64,000 nucleotides of DNA from Macrostomum hystrix (GCA_950097015.1 CATNEN010000024.1:6324001-6388000); one strand, 5' to 3'; counted from the stretch's first letter, positions 12,344-25,415 are shown. Translations and numbers: made by a program. The notes: generated by a model not told the origin, from the sequence alone.

Positions 12344-14973
12344 CATTTAGTGAATCTTAATCAGACAGGTGTAAAAATGTAAAAAAGACAGTTGTATGCC
12401 AGTGTCCTGCCCTTTTTATTTAAGAATTCTCGGGATTTACGTTAACGTTGGCTAGTATTTTTTAATGCTTAACCCCACAATGGACTTTAGCTTATTAGAA
12501 ATGTGGTCCTAGTATACCTTGTGCATGCTAGTATCCTTTGTTCTTTAAATCTGGAGATTGGTTTGTAACTGCTTTGGCACTGTAAATTATGATTCTCTTA
12601 GAAATTGTTAGTTATTGCGCAACATCGGACTGAGTCCAATTGAGCTGTCAAGTGTGAATCTAGCTGGATAAGTTAATGGGATCGGGATTTTAGCAGATGC
12701 AACCTGATATGTACGTTCTACGAAACTGTTTTCTTTTATATCCCAAGTATTTATCAGTAACTCTTATTTATCCTTTTTCCTATATTTGTCAGCTATATAG
12801 TGGCCGCATGCACATTGTTTGCTCCAACTTGCACTTTGACAGTGCATTTTCTCATCATTATTTGTGTACATAATAACAAAGAGGGTTTGGAGATAGTCTT
12901 TTCTGCCTACGCATGGATTACTCTCAGCTGACTGGTATGCAGAGGAAGCCTTTTCTTTTGATGTCATTCAATATAAAAGTACACGAGCACTAAATATGTC
13001 ATCTCTCATTTAGAAACAATGCTGGTTAATTCAGAGAGTTATACTGAGTCAAATCTCAACAATCCTAACTGACGATATTTAGATTGAAACTTATGAAACA
13101 TGCATTTCAATGTGTATAGGGTTAAAAGTAAGCACATGCTAAGCTGACATTTCGGTCCCATTTCGATCAATGAGGTGTGACAGCAGTCCTCATAGTGATA
13201 AGATGGAGGGATGAGACAGTGAAAGACGAGGCAGTGGGAGAAGATAATGATCGATAGCTATGGATCAAGGTGAGACAGTGGAAATATAAATGTTGTTATA
13301 TTTAGTAGAAATATAACAGGGTGCGAGATACGACAAGCGAGAGATGAAATAGGGGTGAAAAGAGACTGAAAGAAGTGAGCTGGAAGGGGCCAAGTGGCCG
13401 GAGTGCATGTGATAATTAGAGCATATAATAAGCTAGAGCCCCTTCTTTAAAGCATACCAAAATTTATACTTGTGCGCGTCATCAAAATATACTTGTATAC
13501 GTGGTTAAAACGAATTTAAAAAACTGTTTAAGTTATCTCAGAAACAGAAACAGAAAAACATCGCTGTCATCAACTACTTTTGTGTGTCCTAAGTTTATGA
13601 CTCGGCATGCAGATAGAATGCAAGGACCACTAAAATAATATAATAGGACATTTTCTTCTAGTGGTCCTTGTATAATCTATGTTGTAATTCGAAGCTTACG
13701 ACTCGAAAATGTGTCATGCTGAGGTTGCTGCGTAAGGTTAAATAAATGTTAAAGTAAACTTTAAAAATATCTAAAATTTTGAGACCAGGGGCCTACCATT
13801 CTGATTAACTCTAGGATAAACTGTCAGAAAAGATATGCAAAGTTGTTTAAGCTATTTAAATATTTGGTACTAATTTAAAGGTACCATGTTTGACACTAAA
13901 TTCATGGAAGCCGAGAGAGTGTGTGGCACCTGCAATTATATGATTACGGCGCAACGCAGCAAAGGCGTCGGTAACAAGCCACATTAAATTACAACATGTA
14001 ATGAGGCTTCGTTATATCACCCTGAATTTTGGTGGAACTACTTTTATATGACTAGGCCTAAAAACTAACTGCAGACTGTCGCAGTATATGATAAGTAAAA
14101 TATAGCTAGTACTGTCTAATTTTTGTTATGCAATCTGGGGAATTATTTTATGTTTAAAAACCTTTTTATAGTTCAAATATTTTTACCTGACAGCTGAGTT
14201 AAATTAATTAGCTTTGCCTAGTTTTTGTACAATGTAGATAGACCTAGGCCTATACTGTTCAGTGTTCAGTAGTAAGTGCTCACAGATTAAAATGTTACTT
14301 TGTATTTTCAGAACCAAATATTGGCAAATAAAATTCTTTTTTCTTTTCATTAAGCATAGTCCTATGTGGTAGTACAGCCATTCTGCAATAAAGGCCTAAA
14401 TATTTAGCTTGCTAAGAAATGACTACATTATATATTATATTCTTAGGCCTACTAGGCCTAGATATATATAGTACTGATCCCTTGGCCTAAGTATAATAAC
14501 TTAATGTTATTGTTATTTGCCTTTTTATTTTTAAATAAGCCTATCAGTATGGCTCTATAAGTCCTAACTCACTTAGCTAGGCCTAGTTATAATAAGAGGG
14601 AGTCAAAACTTTGGTCTTTAAAAAATATTATTTTGCTATTCTTGCTTCTTTTTGTTTCAGTTTTTTTATTTTTTGTAATATGAATTCCCAATGACTATGA
14701 GATAAAGCCTAAGAAACGAAAGCCAATAAAATAAAAAACTACTTTTTACTGTAGCCAGCTTCTAGTTGGTAGGCCTCTACTTTATTGTTATGGTTTTTTT
14801 ATTTAGCTTAGAAGTTTAGATGATAAACTAGAAAATCCCAATCAGAAATGGGTTCATTTTGCAATGTTGAATAGATAGTTAACACAAATTGTCATGACAA
14901 TTTCAATACTTCTGAAACTGAAATTCACATGTGGCTATCCCTCCTCTATTGTTTTCTAGCAACAATTAGTTCA

Positions 14974-16549
14974 ATGGCCTTTAACTATCATAGACAACAC
15001 AATCAGGAATCTGGCATCACAGCTGACTCTGCTATCAATAATGAGAATGCAGAGACATATGATGAGGCTGTTCCTGATGATGATGAGTACAGTTTGGACT
15101 CTGGCTCGCCGGCACCCACTTTTGACAGGGGCCATGCCCTGCTTTACCTGCGTATCACTAGCATCAAAGTGGTGTGCAGCCTGCTCAAGACCATTCAGTT
15201 CAGAGATCTGGCTACAATATGTGCCAGTGTTAATGGACTCAAAGTCACTGTTGAAGATTGCAAGGCACTGCAGGCCAATGTCTATCTGCAGACAACACTG
15301 TTTACCCAGTATGCACTCAGGGATAATGAACCAATATTTTTTAAGCTCAACTACAATATGCTGCTAGAGTGCCTGCAGATGTTCGCAGATCCAGATGCAA
15401 ACAGCACCCCAGCTCTAGGTAAGCCTCATGGGTTTGTAGTATAAGACTTGTCTTTTTCAGTAATATAAGTTTGAACTAGGCTCCCATCTCGTGAGTGTAA
15501 ATTTCACATTCCAAGTTTGAACTTAGGTTATTGTACGAGCCCAAGACTTTTAGGAGATCTAGGTTCTAGTTCATTATATTTTCGGAAAACAATATTTAGA
15601 GGAAAATTTAATAGCTGATTAAAACAAGTGCTCACAGATCTTCTAAAAATATTATGGTAATCTATCAGATCCCCTGATTGTACCTGCAACTCAATTATAA
15701 CCAAGATCCTGTAGATTACAACAATGATCTCCCTGATCCTCAGATTATACCACATCGATCTCCCAAATCCACAGATTATACCACAATGATCACCAAGATC
15801 TCTTAGATTATACCACCATAATCTTACCGATCCTCAGATTTTGCACCATGATCTTGCTGATCCTCAGAACAACAAGAAACTCCCATATCCTACCTAGCGA
15901 TCATAAAACTTTAGTTTCCTGGTATTTCTAGCACACTTGCTCTATCACAGATTTACCCTAAATTTGAAGCCAACTACCGCCAATGTAAAACTATGCAGAT
16001 TTATACCTGCCAGAGGATCGCTCTTGCGTGGAGCTTCACCTGGAAGACAGTGGCAGCGTCACCGAATGCCGAATTCGCACCATCGAGCCGGACCCAACGT
16101 TGGATTTTAATTTCAACGCCGCCACGCTCTGCTTCAAAGTGATCATCAGATCGGAGCAGCTCAAGGAGGTGTTCACCGAGCTGGATCCGCACAGCGAATT
16201 AGTTGAGATCTTTGTCAGCAGCGAGAGGCGCCTATTTCGCGTGTCGACCTTCGGCGATCTGGGACGCAGCATTTACGACTTCCCGGCCGAATCAGAGGCC
16301 GTGGAGATGTTCCAATCGCCGGATACTAGCGTGGCGTTTCGCTATCGACACAACCTGCTCCGCTGCTGCCTGAAGGCCCTCCAGGCGTCGGCTAAGGCCA
16401 GCATCCGCTGCGATCAGCGTGGCTTCTTGTCGCTGCAGTTCCTAGTGGAATCAGCTGACGGGCATAACTGCTTTGTGGAATTCTTTCTGGTGCCGAACCA
16501 GCCGGAGGACGAGGACGAGATTGCCGGCAGCGACGATGATAGATTCTGA
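14974..16549 (+). CDS. RAD1: Cell-cycle checkpoint protein RAD1 (9-1-1 clamp subunit)
   Basis: Exons 14974-15418 and 15999-16549 with a phase-1 GT-AG intron. Motifs LKTIQFRDLATICASVNGLKVTVEDCKALQANVYLQ, EPDPTLDFNF, FRVSTFG and SIRCDQRGFLSLQFLV match the Rad1/Rec1 family. Confidence 0.93.
15660..15870. repeat. Degenerate ~31-bp repeat in the RAD1 intron
   Basis: gatcctcagattataccac-like core at 15741, 15772 and 15804. Confidence 0.65.
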
Positions 16550-16814
16550 AGTCCGCTATCTATGGTCAACAGCTCATGATGACTATTCTTAAAAAATTAA
16601 AATAGTATTCAAATACCTTTTTCGCTACTGTGAGTAGCTAGCGTTAGAATTTACATATTTGCATTATAAGCGCACTCAAGGCATTTGTTTCTATTTTAAT
16701 CATTTATTGTTAACGTTTATAAAAAATAACTTTATTATGTTTATAAATACCGTGTTTATACACTGCGGAGTTTACTTGTGTTTATACTTGTAATATTTTT
16801 TAGTTCTAAGTTGA

Positions 16815-16851
16815 AATAAAATAAAGGCATCGGAAACTGTTCTTATTTATT
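16815..16851. terminator. Candidate back-to-back polyadenylation signals for RAD1 (+) and dlg-like (-)
   Basis: AATAAA on + at 16815-16820 and 16820-16825, and AATAAA on - at 16846-16851. Other candidate hexamers lie nearby in AT-rich DNA. Confidence 0.35.
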
Positions 16852-17474
16852 GAATTCGGATAGCGTGTTAGCAAAAAACAGCATGATATTGAAAACCAAG
16901 GTTTAGCATCATGCTACTCACTGCAGTAGTAAAACATATAATTAGAAACCGTCATTACGAAAAATCACATGTAGAGCTGATAATAAGTGTTTAATGTTAA
17001 GGAATGGTTTCGAAAAAAGGTTACAAGTACGCAATTGGGTCAGAAAGTGTTTTTGTACGTTTCTAAATAGCGTTGCCGTTAACAAATAATTGTAGAACTT
17101 TTAGTTATATAACCAGCTAAAATCAATAGGAAATTATATGCAAAGCATGATAGAAACAAAGATAAATTTACTACGCTATGTAGTAGAAAAGGCTATGAAT
17201 TTAACACTGGAATAACTTGTTCTAGTACCTGTGTTTTGCAGTTTTTGTAATGTCACTTAGTTATATAGTAAGTTAATATCACTACTATTTGTTTATAGTT
17301 TACAAATGATAAATGTAGCGACAAAAAACTGTTAAATCAAGCAAGCGGAAGAATTCTTCGTTTTTAAGGAACGGAAAAACAATCCTATAAAAAATTCTTG
17401 CTACTGATAGTAGTGTGAAAAAACGCTTTCTTAAAAACAGTAGGGTAACTGTATAGGATAGGATGTTGCTTTTT

Positions 17475-20400
17475 TCACTTCTTTTTCTTGCCGAACAGGC
17501 CTCCGATGCCTTTGCCCTTCTTAGCCTTGCCGTCCTCGTGAGCCTCTGGATAGCCGGAACCGTCCGGCTCATCGTCGGCCATTTCGTGTGGGGCTGAAAA
17601 CGGGAAGAATGTTTTTTGTACATCCACGCATTACTACTCATACAAAAGAGCAGTAGTATAGATATTGAAAGATAAACAGAACAGTCACCACTTAGATTAC
17701 CATCGTGCTCGGAGCCCTTTTTCTTCTTGTCCTTCTTGCTGCCCTTCTTTGCCGGCATTGGAGCTGAATGAAGGTAAAAAGAAATAGTATCACAGAAGGC
17801 TCCAAAAAGCAAGAAACTGTCGAGCTCTTTACTCGCTACTATAAGTAGCAAATAAACTTACGTGGCTGATAGCCAATGGCGGCAGCGCCAGCCTCCTCTA
17901 GTGTGGCCGCTTCAACCAGCATCGACAATTCCTCTGGTGTCGGTTTCAGCACAACAAGTCGGACGCGGTCGCCAGTAGCCTTCAGCGCCGCCACCGCCTG
18001 CTGATGCGTGCAGCCGTGCAAAGAAACGCCGTCTACGGCCAGGAGGCGATCGCCGAATTCAATACTGCCATCCTGCTGGGCGGCACCACCGTCAATTATC
18101 TTGGTGACAAAGATTGAGTCGTCACCTGGCAGGTGCTGATTGTCTACACCGCCGGCGATGCTGAAGCCTAAGCCTTTGGCAGTCTTGGTCAGGAGTACCT
18201 GCGCGGAGTGCGGATGCGGATATTAGGCAGGTGTTATACCATAAAGTCACACAACAGTCTAGCAAACGGTTGGCTTGAAGCTAGAAAGCCAGAGAGGCTA
18301 GAAATAACTGCTGGTTATACAGACTGGGTTTATCCAACTGGTCATGGAGACAGGGTTTATCCTACTTGTCATGGAGACTGGGTTTATCCTACTTGTCATG
18401 GAGACTGGGTTTATCCTACTGGTCATGGAGACTGGGTTTATCCTACTGGTCATGGAGACAGGGTTTATCCTACTGGTCATGGACACTGGGTTAATCCTAC
18501 TGGTCATGGACACTGGGTTAATCCTACTAGTCATGGACACTGGGTTTATCCTACTGATCACAGAGGCCGGTTTTCATCACTGCTTCTAGAAGCCTCTTAC
18601 CTCAAGCGAACCGTCTTCAGCGTGCTGTGGTGACCCAACTGCTCTGCCCAGCTGCTGCTGCGGCGGCGACTGCGGCGAGAGGCGCAGCAACAGCAGCCTG
18701 AGCTGATTGCCGGACAGCTTCAAAGCGTTGACCGCAGCGGCATGCGACACGGCGGTTACATCGACACCGTTGACGGCAAGGATGACGTCATCGACTCGCA
18801 TCCGGCCATCCTGTTCTGCGACCCCGCCGGGCACAACTTTGGTGACAAAGACCCGATTGTCACCGGGCATGTGCGGCTCATCGACGCCGCCGGCGATGCT
18901 GAAGCCGAAGCCCTGGCCCGAGCGCTGCAGCACAATCTCGAAGGTGCCGTCTGAGACTGCTGCGGAGCCGGCCGCCGCTTGTTCGGGGGCATCGCGACGC
19001 GGCTTCTGTTTAGAAATGGTTTCTTAATGTATCTCAATCTAATAAAGGTAGCTTTTAGACAGGGGATTACAGCTACGGATATTTTGACTGATGCCGAGTA
19101 CGAAGGTCGGGAGTTCGAATCCTAGCCCAAAGAAAGTAGTAAATAAATTCCTTAAGTAAGACACTCAGATAGATGAGACGGAAGAGATAAGACTCGGGAG
19201 AGACGATACAGGGGAGAGATAAGACACAGAAGAGATGAGACAGGGAAGAGATAAGACGGGAGAGATCAGAAATGGGAGAGATAAAACAGGATACTGCAGG
19301 CGTCGGAAGGGGCAACGGGCCGGATTTGGGAACTTCAAGGACCGCATATGGCCCGCGGGCCGGAGTTTGCCGACCCCTGGCCTAGTGCTTCAGTGCTATT
19401 AAATGCGTGCCAGCATTAGCTGTGGGTATAATTTAAGTGTGTTGTGGCAGCCTACCCAGTCCATGTGCTGAATAGCAATAATCTTATATTGAAAGCGTTG
19501 CGCAGTAGCTGCATTCATTACATCCTATCCTATAAATAGTAGCTGTATCTTCTATCCATAGGATATTTAAAAATCGCTGCGCACCTGTGGCTTCTGTTTA
19601 GCCGCGCCCGGCTGGTGACTCGGCGGCTCAGCTTCGGCCCACCTGTCTGGCGCCTTCATTGACTCCAGAGCCCGCTGCTCGGCGGTCTTGTTCTCATCGA
19701 TTAGCGTGACTTCGTAAAACTCCTGGATGTCTGGATTTGCACAAAGGGGTGGTTTGGAGAAGCCCATAGAAAACAAATGAAATGATCCTGAGAGTGAGCC
19801 GCAAGAATCACTCTATATAGCTTTCGTGATTTGTATATCACAAAAATAAATCACATCAAAAGATTCGAAGCCGCATTTTTTCTACCAGTTGCACTCCTCA
19901 AGTAAGCTTACCAAGCAGGGCATTAAACAGCTTCGATTTGAAGATCTTGATTACGCGTTCGATTGATGCACGAAGCTGAGCATCCTCGGTGGCATTCAGC
20001 CGCCTGTGATACTGCTCCAGCAGTTCGAGGGCCCTGGTTGCATCTGCGGATTGATTGATGCAGTTTATTAATTGATTGATTGAAACAGATGAGCTCTGCA
20101 AGAAAATCTAATAAATCATTTGGATTAACTTGGACTGCCACAGGGGCTGTATGGGCAATCCATCCAATCTTTATCAATCAATTGCAAAATTGTTCCCAAA
20201 GGCCATGAAAAAACTGCAAATTAAAGAAAAAAGACACACCAAATTAACAATTTGCGCAACACAATTGCTTACAAGACAAAATATTATTAATAGGCTTATT
20301 TACACACAAGGAGACAATATTAATAGTTATAAAGTAAGGACAATGTTTCAAAAGCATAAAAAACTTGTATTAAAAGTGCCATATATCATTGCCATGGATC

Positions 20401-23012
20401 TCCATTGCAAAAGTAATGCAAGGGAACCGTCTATTGTACTGTTTAGATGGACCCATATAAAAAAATTAAGCAGTTTAGCAATTAAACATTACATCAGTTG
20501 TAGATATAGCAAAAATAAACTTAATTATTTCTTATAGAGATATTTTTGTGTGCTTATTATTTCAATATTAATTCTCTAATGTGCAAACAACTTAATGCTG
20601 AGAATGTAAAAAAGTGTTGATTAGGCCTATATGCATTTATTCTATTTAATATATTTTAGAGTGTTAGAGGCTTAAGTGAGCAAAAACTATACAAAGCAAT
20701 GGAATAGGGTCTAGCTGATAGCTATATGTCACTAGCTTTGACAAAATGACTTAGACTAGTTTTGTCACTTCATTAACAACTTAAAATAAAGAAAAACTAA
20801 TCTTGATCAATTAATCAGCAGCTATAGTGTGAGATCTCACAGCTATACTGTGAGATCTAACACTTAAGACACTATCAACACATTTTCTTGTAGCATTTTT
20901 AATCATTTGTTTAACTGTTTTTCTGAATAGTTTAATTTCAAATTGATGTGAAAACATTAAGAAATCATTTGAAAAAATCAAAATAAATTATATGATGATC
21001 ATCATAATGTTGTAGGCTATCCAAATACTGCATGATTGTCCAAATTCAGCAGGCCATGGGTAATAATAATGGAGTTTGGACCATGTGGCCAGGTGGCCTC
21101 CTAGCATGGTGTTAATAGACTTCAGGTGTGTTTGTTAACTGTAGAAAATTAAGTAGTGTGTTAGCAAAACACAGAAATGTGCTAATACTTCCACTCTGGG
21201 TGCTAGGCTTTTTGGCGACAGTTGATTTCGGCAACAAGAAAAATTGTGACTTTGGCGACAAGTAAATCACCAATAACAACGATGTTTTTTCTGAGTACAA
21301 CAGTGTGTTTCCAAGAGCGTTCTAACTCAATCCAAGTCAATCCAATTGTCATTAAAAACTGTAGACCCAGAAGCCGCGCAAATGACGCAATGCCCCCACC
21401 CACCCCCGACTGTGAAACCAGGGGCTTTCTTATGAAAGTATTCTCTATGCTTTATGCTGAAAATGTACACCAATTTCTGATTAATTGATGCACATTTTCA
21501 GCATTAAGCAAGCATAGAGGATATTGTGGAGCAAATTGGTTGCATATTTCGCCTTCATATTCTCTTAATGTAGGCTTGCGCTCTTAAAAGGACCTTTTTT
21601 ATTCTTGCATGCTAGGTCACGTGGATTAACAGCTCGCTATGGGGACCAGAGTGCCTCTCAGTCTACAGGCAGCCGATTAGAACAAATAACAACCTTGAAT
21701 TAAATGCTGCATGGCACAGCCAGCTTAACAGCAGAGCGCAGAGGAACGACTTGCAGTTTTACTTGCTAACCCAACTCCTTCATGATGAAGCTCGCCAAGC
21801 CATTCTGGATGCCCGCCTTGTCAGGCAGGGTGACCAGCATCATCACCAGTGAACTTGCGTATGTAGGCAAGAAGCCGTTTTTCAAAAGCTTTGGCAAGAA
21901 CTTTCTGAAGGACTGCAATCTGAGGAGGCACTGCTGGAAGCCTGCAGTTGGCTAAATGTTACACAGCTAAACACCCTTTAATGCTTTTAACATAATGCAA
22001 TGCTGTTCGTTCTTTTTGGTTTGAATATCATGCTAACTTTTCCTTTCAAGACTGAGACTGCACTCTTTCGATGCGTGTCTAATGTACTGTATCTCCACAC
22101 AGTCATGTCTTAATGTCGAGTATTTTAACTTTGTGAATTTTAGCTTTGTGGTACAGCAAGTACTACATTCTACAATAAATTACGAGAAACATTTGTATTT
22201 GCATGCATAGTAGTTCAGATGTGGCTATACAATAAAATTTAAATTTTGATTCAATAAACGCAGAAATCACTACATATAAATGATATAAATGTTCTTATAG
22301 GATCGGAGTTGCAGATTGTACTGTGACGAAGCCGCCTTGGTGATAGGGCTTGCTCACACAATTGGTCGGTCTCTTCAGGTTGGTGGGTACAAAGTCAGAG
22401 TGGGGATATTTATCAAGCTTCTTATCCCGACAAACAATCAGCACGTCACAGGATTGCTTGTCAGAGCACACATGTTCTTTACATTTAACAAAAAAGGAAA
22501 GTATTTCATAGGCTGTAGGCGGTTACTGTAGGATATAGACACATTGGTTTTGTTAGTAATAAGGGACTAAATACTAGTAAATAGCCATAGAATGTGAATA
22601 GCCGAAATGCCTGGAATCCTCCAGTCTCACTAACAAGCCAGAAAAGTTCCCCCGAAGACAAGAAAGAGCAGCCCCAGTTTGGTTAGTGCAAAAAGACAAC
22701 CTTAACAATCGAAATTCTAAGTCGTCGCATTGACCTGAAATGAAACTTTTCAGAAAAACTGTTGAATGATCGATACGAAAAGAATGCCTTTCTTGCCCCC
22801 ATCCTCTTGTCATTTGTTTTTTTAACTTATGGCTACCTAGTATAACTAAAAATATCATTTAACTATTTAAAACGAATAAAAATGAAAGACAGACTTCAAG
22901 TTCATACGTGCCTTTAAAGTATAGCTAAATAAAAAATAGCAAAATAAATTACAAGAAAATATAGTTTCAACAACATTCACATGACATATTTACCTTGCTT
23001 ACGAACAGGCAT
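17475..23012 (-). CDS. dlg1: Discs-large (DLG1-like) protein, short form: L27, PDZ1, PDZ2, polybasic tail (406 aa)
   Basis: Exons 23012-22994 (MPVRKQ), 20043-19912 (L27, [12 protein letters not shown]...FNALL), 19730-19585 ([10 protein letters not shown]), 19005-18601 ([12 protein letters not shown]), 18198-17862 ([12 protein letters not shown]), 17763-17701 and 17593-17475 (ends GGLFGKKKK-stop). All junctions are GT-AG with consistent phases, total 1221 nt. Confidence 0.9.
18318..18560. repeat. 27-bp minisatellite in the dlg intron between PDZ1 and PDZ2, ~9 copies
   Basis: Unit ctgggtttatcctactggtcatggaga. Confidence 0.92.
19070..19128 (+). other. Degenerate tRNA-like/SINE head fragment
   Basis: B-box-like ggtcgggagttcgaatcct. 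No complete cloverleaf is evident. Confidence 0.3.
19297..19379. mobile_element. Tiny internally deleted hAT (Charlie-like) remnant
   Basis: Right end reads on minus caggggtcggcaaactccggcccgcgggccatatgc, a typical hAT-Charlie terminus. Left end caggcgtcggaa is a degenerate inverted copy. No intact 8-bp TSD. Confidence 0.55.
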
Positions 23013-23745
23013 GGAAAAACTGAAGAGTAAAAATTCGACCACGTAAACTTGATATTACACTAGTCGGCCCAAACGTACTGGTTTCTAAAAAACGCCGATG
23101 CAATTAGGCAGAATTATACTAAGTAAGACTTCCTCCTAACTAGTTCTTAACAACGAGTTAATTAAATTAAATAGTACGGAAAAGAGACATTTTGAATTAC
23201 ATGAAATGCATGTAACGTCGTTGTCTTTAACTTATACAAACATTAATTTAAAAAACGATAAATTTGAAAGAATAAAAGATATAGACACATAAATAGTGTT
23301 ATTAAAGTAACATAAAAGACAAAATCTTGTTTTATGTAGCAAATCATCATTTCAAAATGTATCTTCCGCGAAAAGCCGATCTTGCCATCGGGCAAATTAA
23401 TAACAATTGTGCTAATAAATAGCCTTGGTAACGGTTCCCAAGTTGTGTTTCATGTAGTAGTCAGTTTTCATTTTTTTAAACCAAATATTACTGTATGGTC
23501 TGTATAAAATCAGTAATGAGATTATCGTAAGCATAAAAAATATTGATGTGCGTCTGCCTTTTCGTCTGCTAAAAAACTCCAAAGTTGTAAGATTTTGCGC
23601 ATTTTCCTCACAAAGATCTTCCTACTTTGATTTCAAATGATATTTTACAGCCTTTTAATAGAGAGCATTTATTTATAAAGGTATATTATATTAATTTATT
23701 TATTTATGTTTTATTTACAGGAAAAGCTAGGTGTGATGGATTCTA

Positions 23746-23975
23746 GAATTTTCGTCAACTTTTTTTTCGTCAACTGAGAGTTGACGAAAATTCATTGGTA
23801 GTTGGAATGTTCGTCAACTGCCAATAGGAACAATGGAATCTTCGTCAACTACCAATGAGATGTGCCAGTGGCACCTGGCACATTCTCTCTAAATTGTGTT
23901 AGACACTGTTTCGAAACCAGGTTGACGAAAAAAAAGTTGACGAAAATTCCAAATCTTCCATTGCCTGTTGACGAA
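23746..23975. mobile_element. MITE-like element with multiple inverted TTCGTCAAC subrepeats between the divergent dlg and AP2M1 genes
   Basis: gaattttcgtcaactttttttttcgtcaac (23746-23774) is the inverse of gttgacgaaaaaaaaagttgacgaaaattc (23921-23949). About 8 copies of the motif in both orientations. Confidence 0.6.
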
Positions 23976-24764
23976 AGTTCAATATTGTGATATTGTTCTG
24001 TAAAATTCTGTGATAAGAAAGTATTGGTTTACCATCTAACTAATTTATATTAGCTGACTAAATCTTATGTTGGATTTAGGGAACCTAAATAACCATGGCT
24101 AGTTAATATAACTCGTGTACAAACAGGTTCATTGTGCTATTCTTAGGCCTATAATTGGTTATGTTGAAAACTATCAGAAACAAAAATTATCTTTTATGCT
24201 ATACGTAGCGGCAATGGGGCACGGCTGCCATGACATAGGCCCATAAGTAGCCACATTTTAGACAGTAAACATGGTGCTTGTCTCTAGCATTTTGGTATTT
24301 ATTGCTTAGGGTCCTAAAGGTGGGAAATCATTTATTTCATTTCAAATGATGATTTCTAGTGAATCAACTAGAATAATATTCTAGTAACCAAGTCATCCTA
24401 ATTTGTTGTCATATGAATGTACTTTTATATCCAGATCCCTAAAAATGTACAAGTAGAAGTTGTGTTATGTGTGCATGAGATATATTAACATATTTATATA
24501 TTTAAAATATTACTTTTCCCTAGAAACAAATACAATTTACTACCAGAGACTACCAGTATGTCTGAGTTTAAAAGGGTGTGTTAATGTAGAAATGGGGTTT
24601 TGGGAGACAGACAGAAAGAGTGGGGGGCAAGTAAGGGCATTGGTAAGTGGGTTTTGAAATAAAAGAAACAGTTATTAATAATTTTCTAAATAAATTTGCC
24701 AAAATCAGAGTTTTTCCCTAAGTTCTATTGCTTCTCATCAGATCTTTTGTCATTTTAAAAAAAG

Positions 24765-24976
24765 TGTGTTGACGTGGCTCTGTTTGTGGCTGGCTAAGGC
24801 AGGTGTGTTGTGCACCTGCCCGGCATGTATCCAATTTTGTATGTACGTGTGTTGATGTACGTGCTTTTAAACCTTCTATCCAATGTGCATGTGTGGAGTC
24901 TGCTATCGATTTTATAAATAAAATAAAATATAAAAGTCGCTGTGTCATCACGTTTGGTAGTAGAGTTCATTCTACA
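24765..24976 (+). mobile_element. Possible solo LTR
   Basis: TGT...ACA bounded ~210-bp segment with internal AATAAA. No TSD found. Confidence 0.25.
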
Positions 24977-25415
24977 ATCTTAAGTGAAGTCTTTACAAAA
25001 AGGACAAGGGCATGATAGTGAGGCACCGACCATTTTAAAAAAGTAAAAAATTAAAAAAACTTTTTTTCTGTGAAATATCCTACATGGTAATGTTGCCCCA
25101 GAAATCCACTCTCTACACCAAAAAACCCCAGATGTCTACATTAACGCATACCTTGTAAGTCCGGACCTCCTGGTGGTATTATTATTATTAAAGAGAATGG
25201 CACATCTTGTGAAGTTGTGTGTCCAAATGCAACAAGCACTTAATGTGGCACATCCCATATGTAAAACTACTACTATCTCTGTATTGTAATTTTTTATTGT
25301 TTGGCTGCTTCAGATGGTGTACAAATAGCCAGCTTGTTACATTGTGCATTTTGTGTAATTCTGATAGTTGTATTATAGCTGTCTATGTGATCTTACAGCT
25401 CTGCAAGCCAGCATC

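Noticed and set aside
17300-17851. 183-aa single ORF as the dlg C-terminus
   Set aside because: It reads through two introns and switches frame relative to exon 7. The spliced model has canonical sites and ends at 17475.
20130-20537. 135-aa ORF in dlg intron 1, and similar AT-rich ORFs at 21222, 22574 and 59234
   Set aside because: AT-rich, unlike the GC-rich exons of this genome, with no recognisable motifs.
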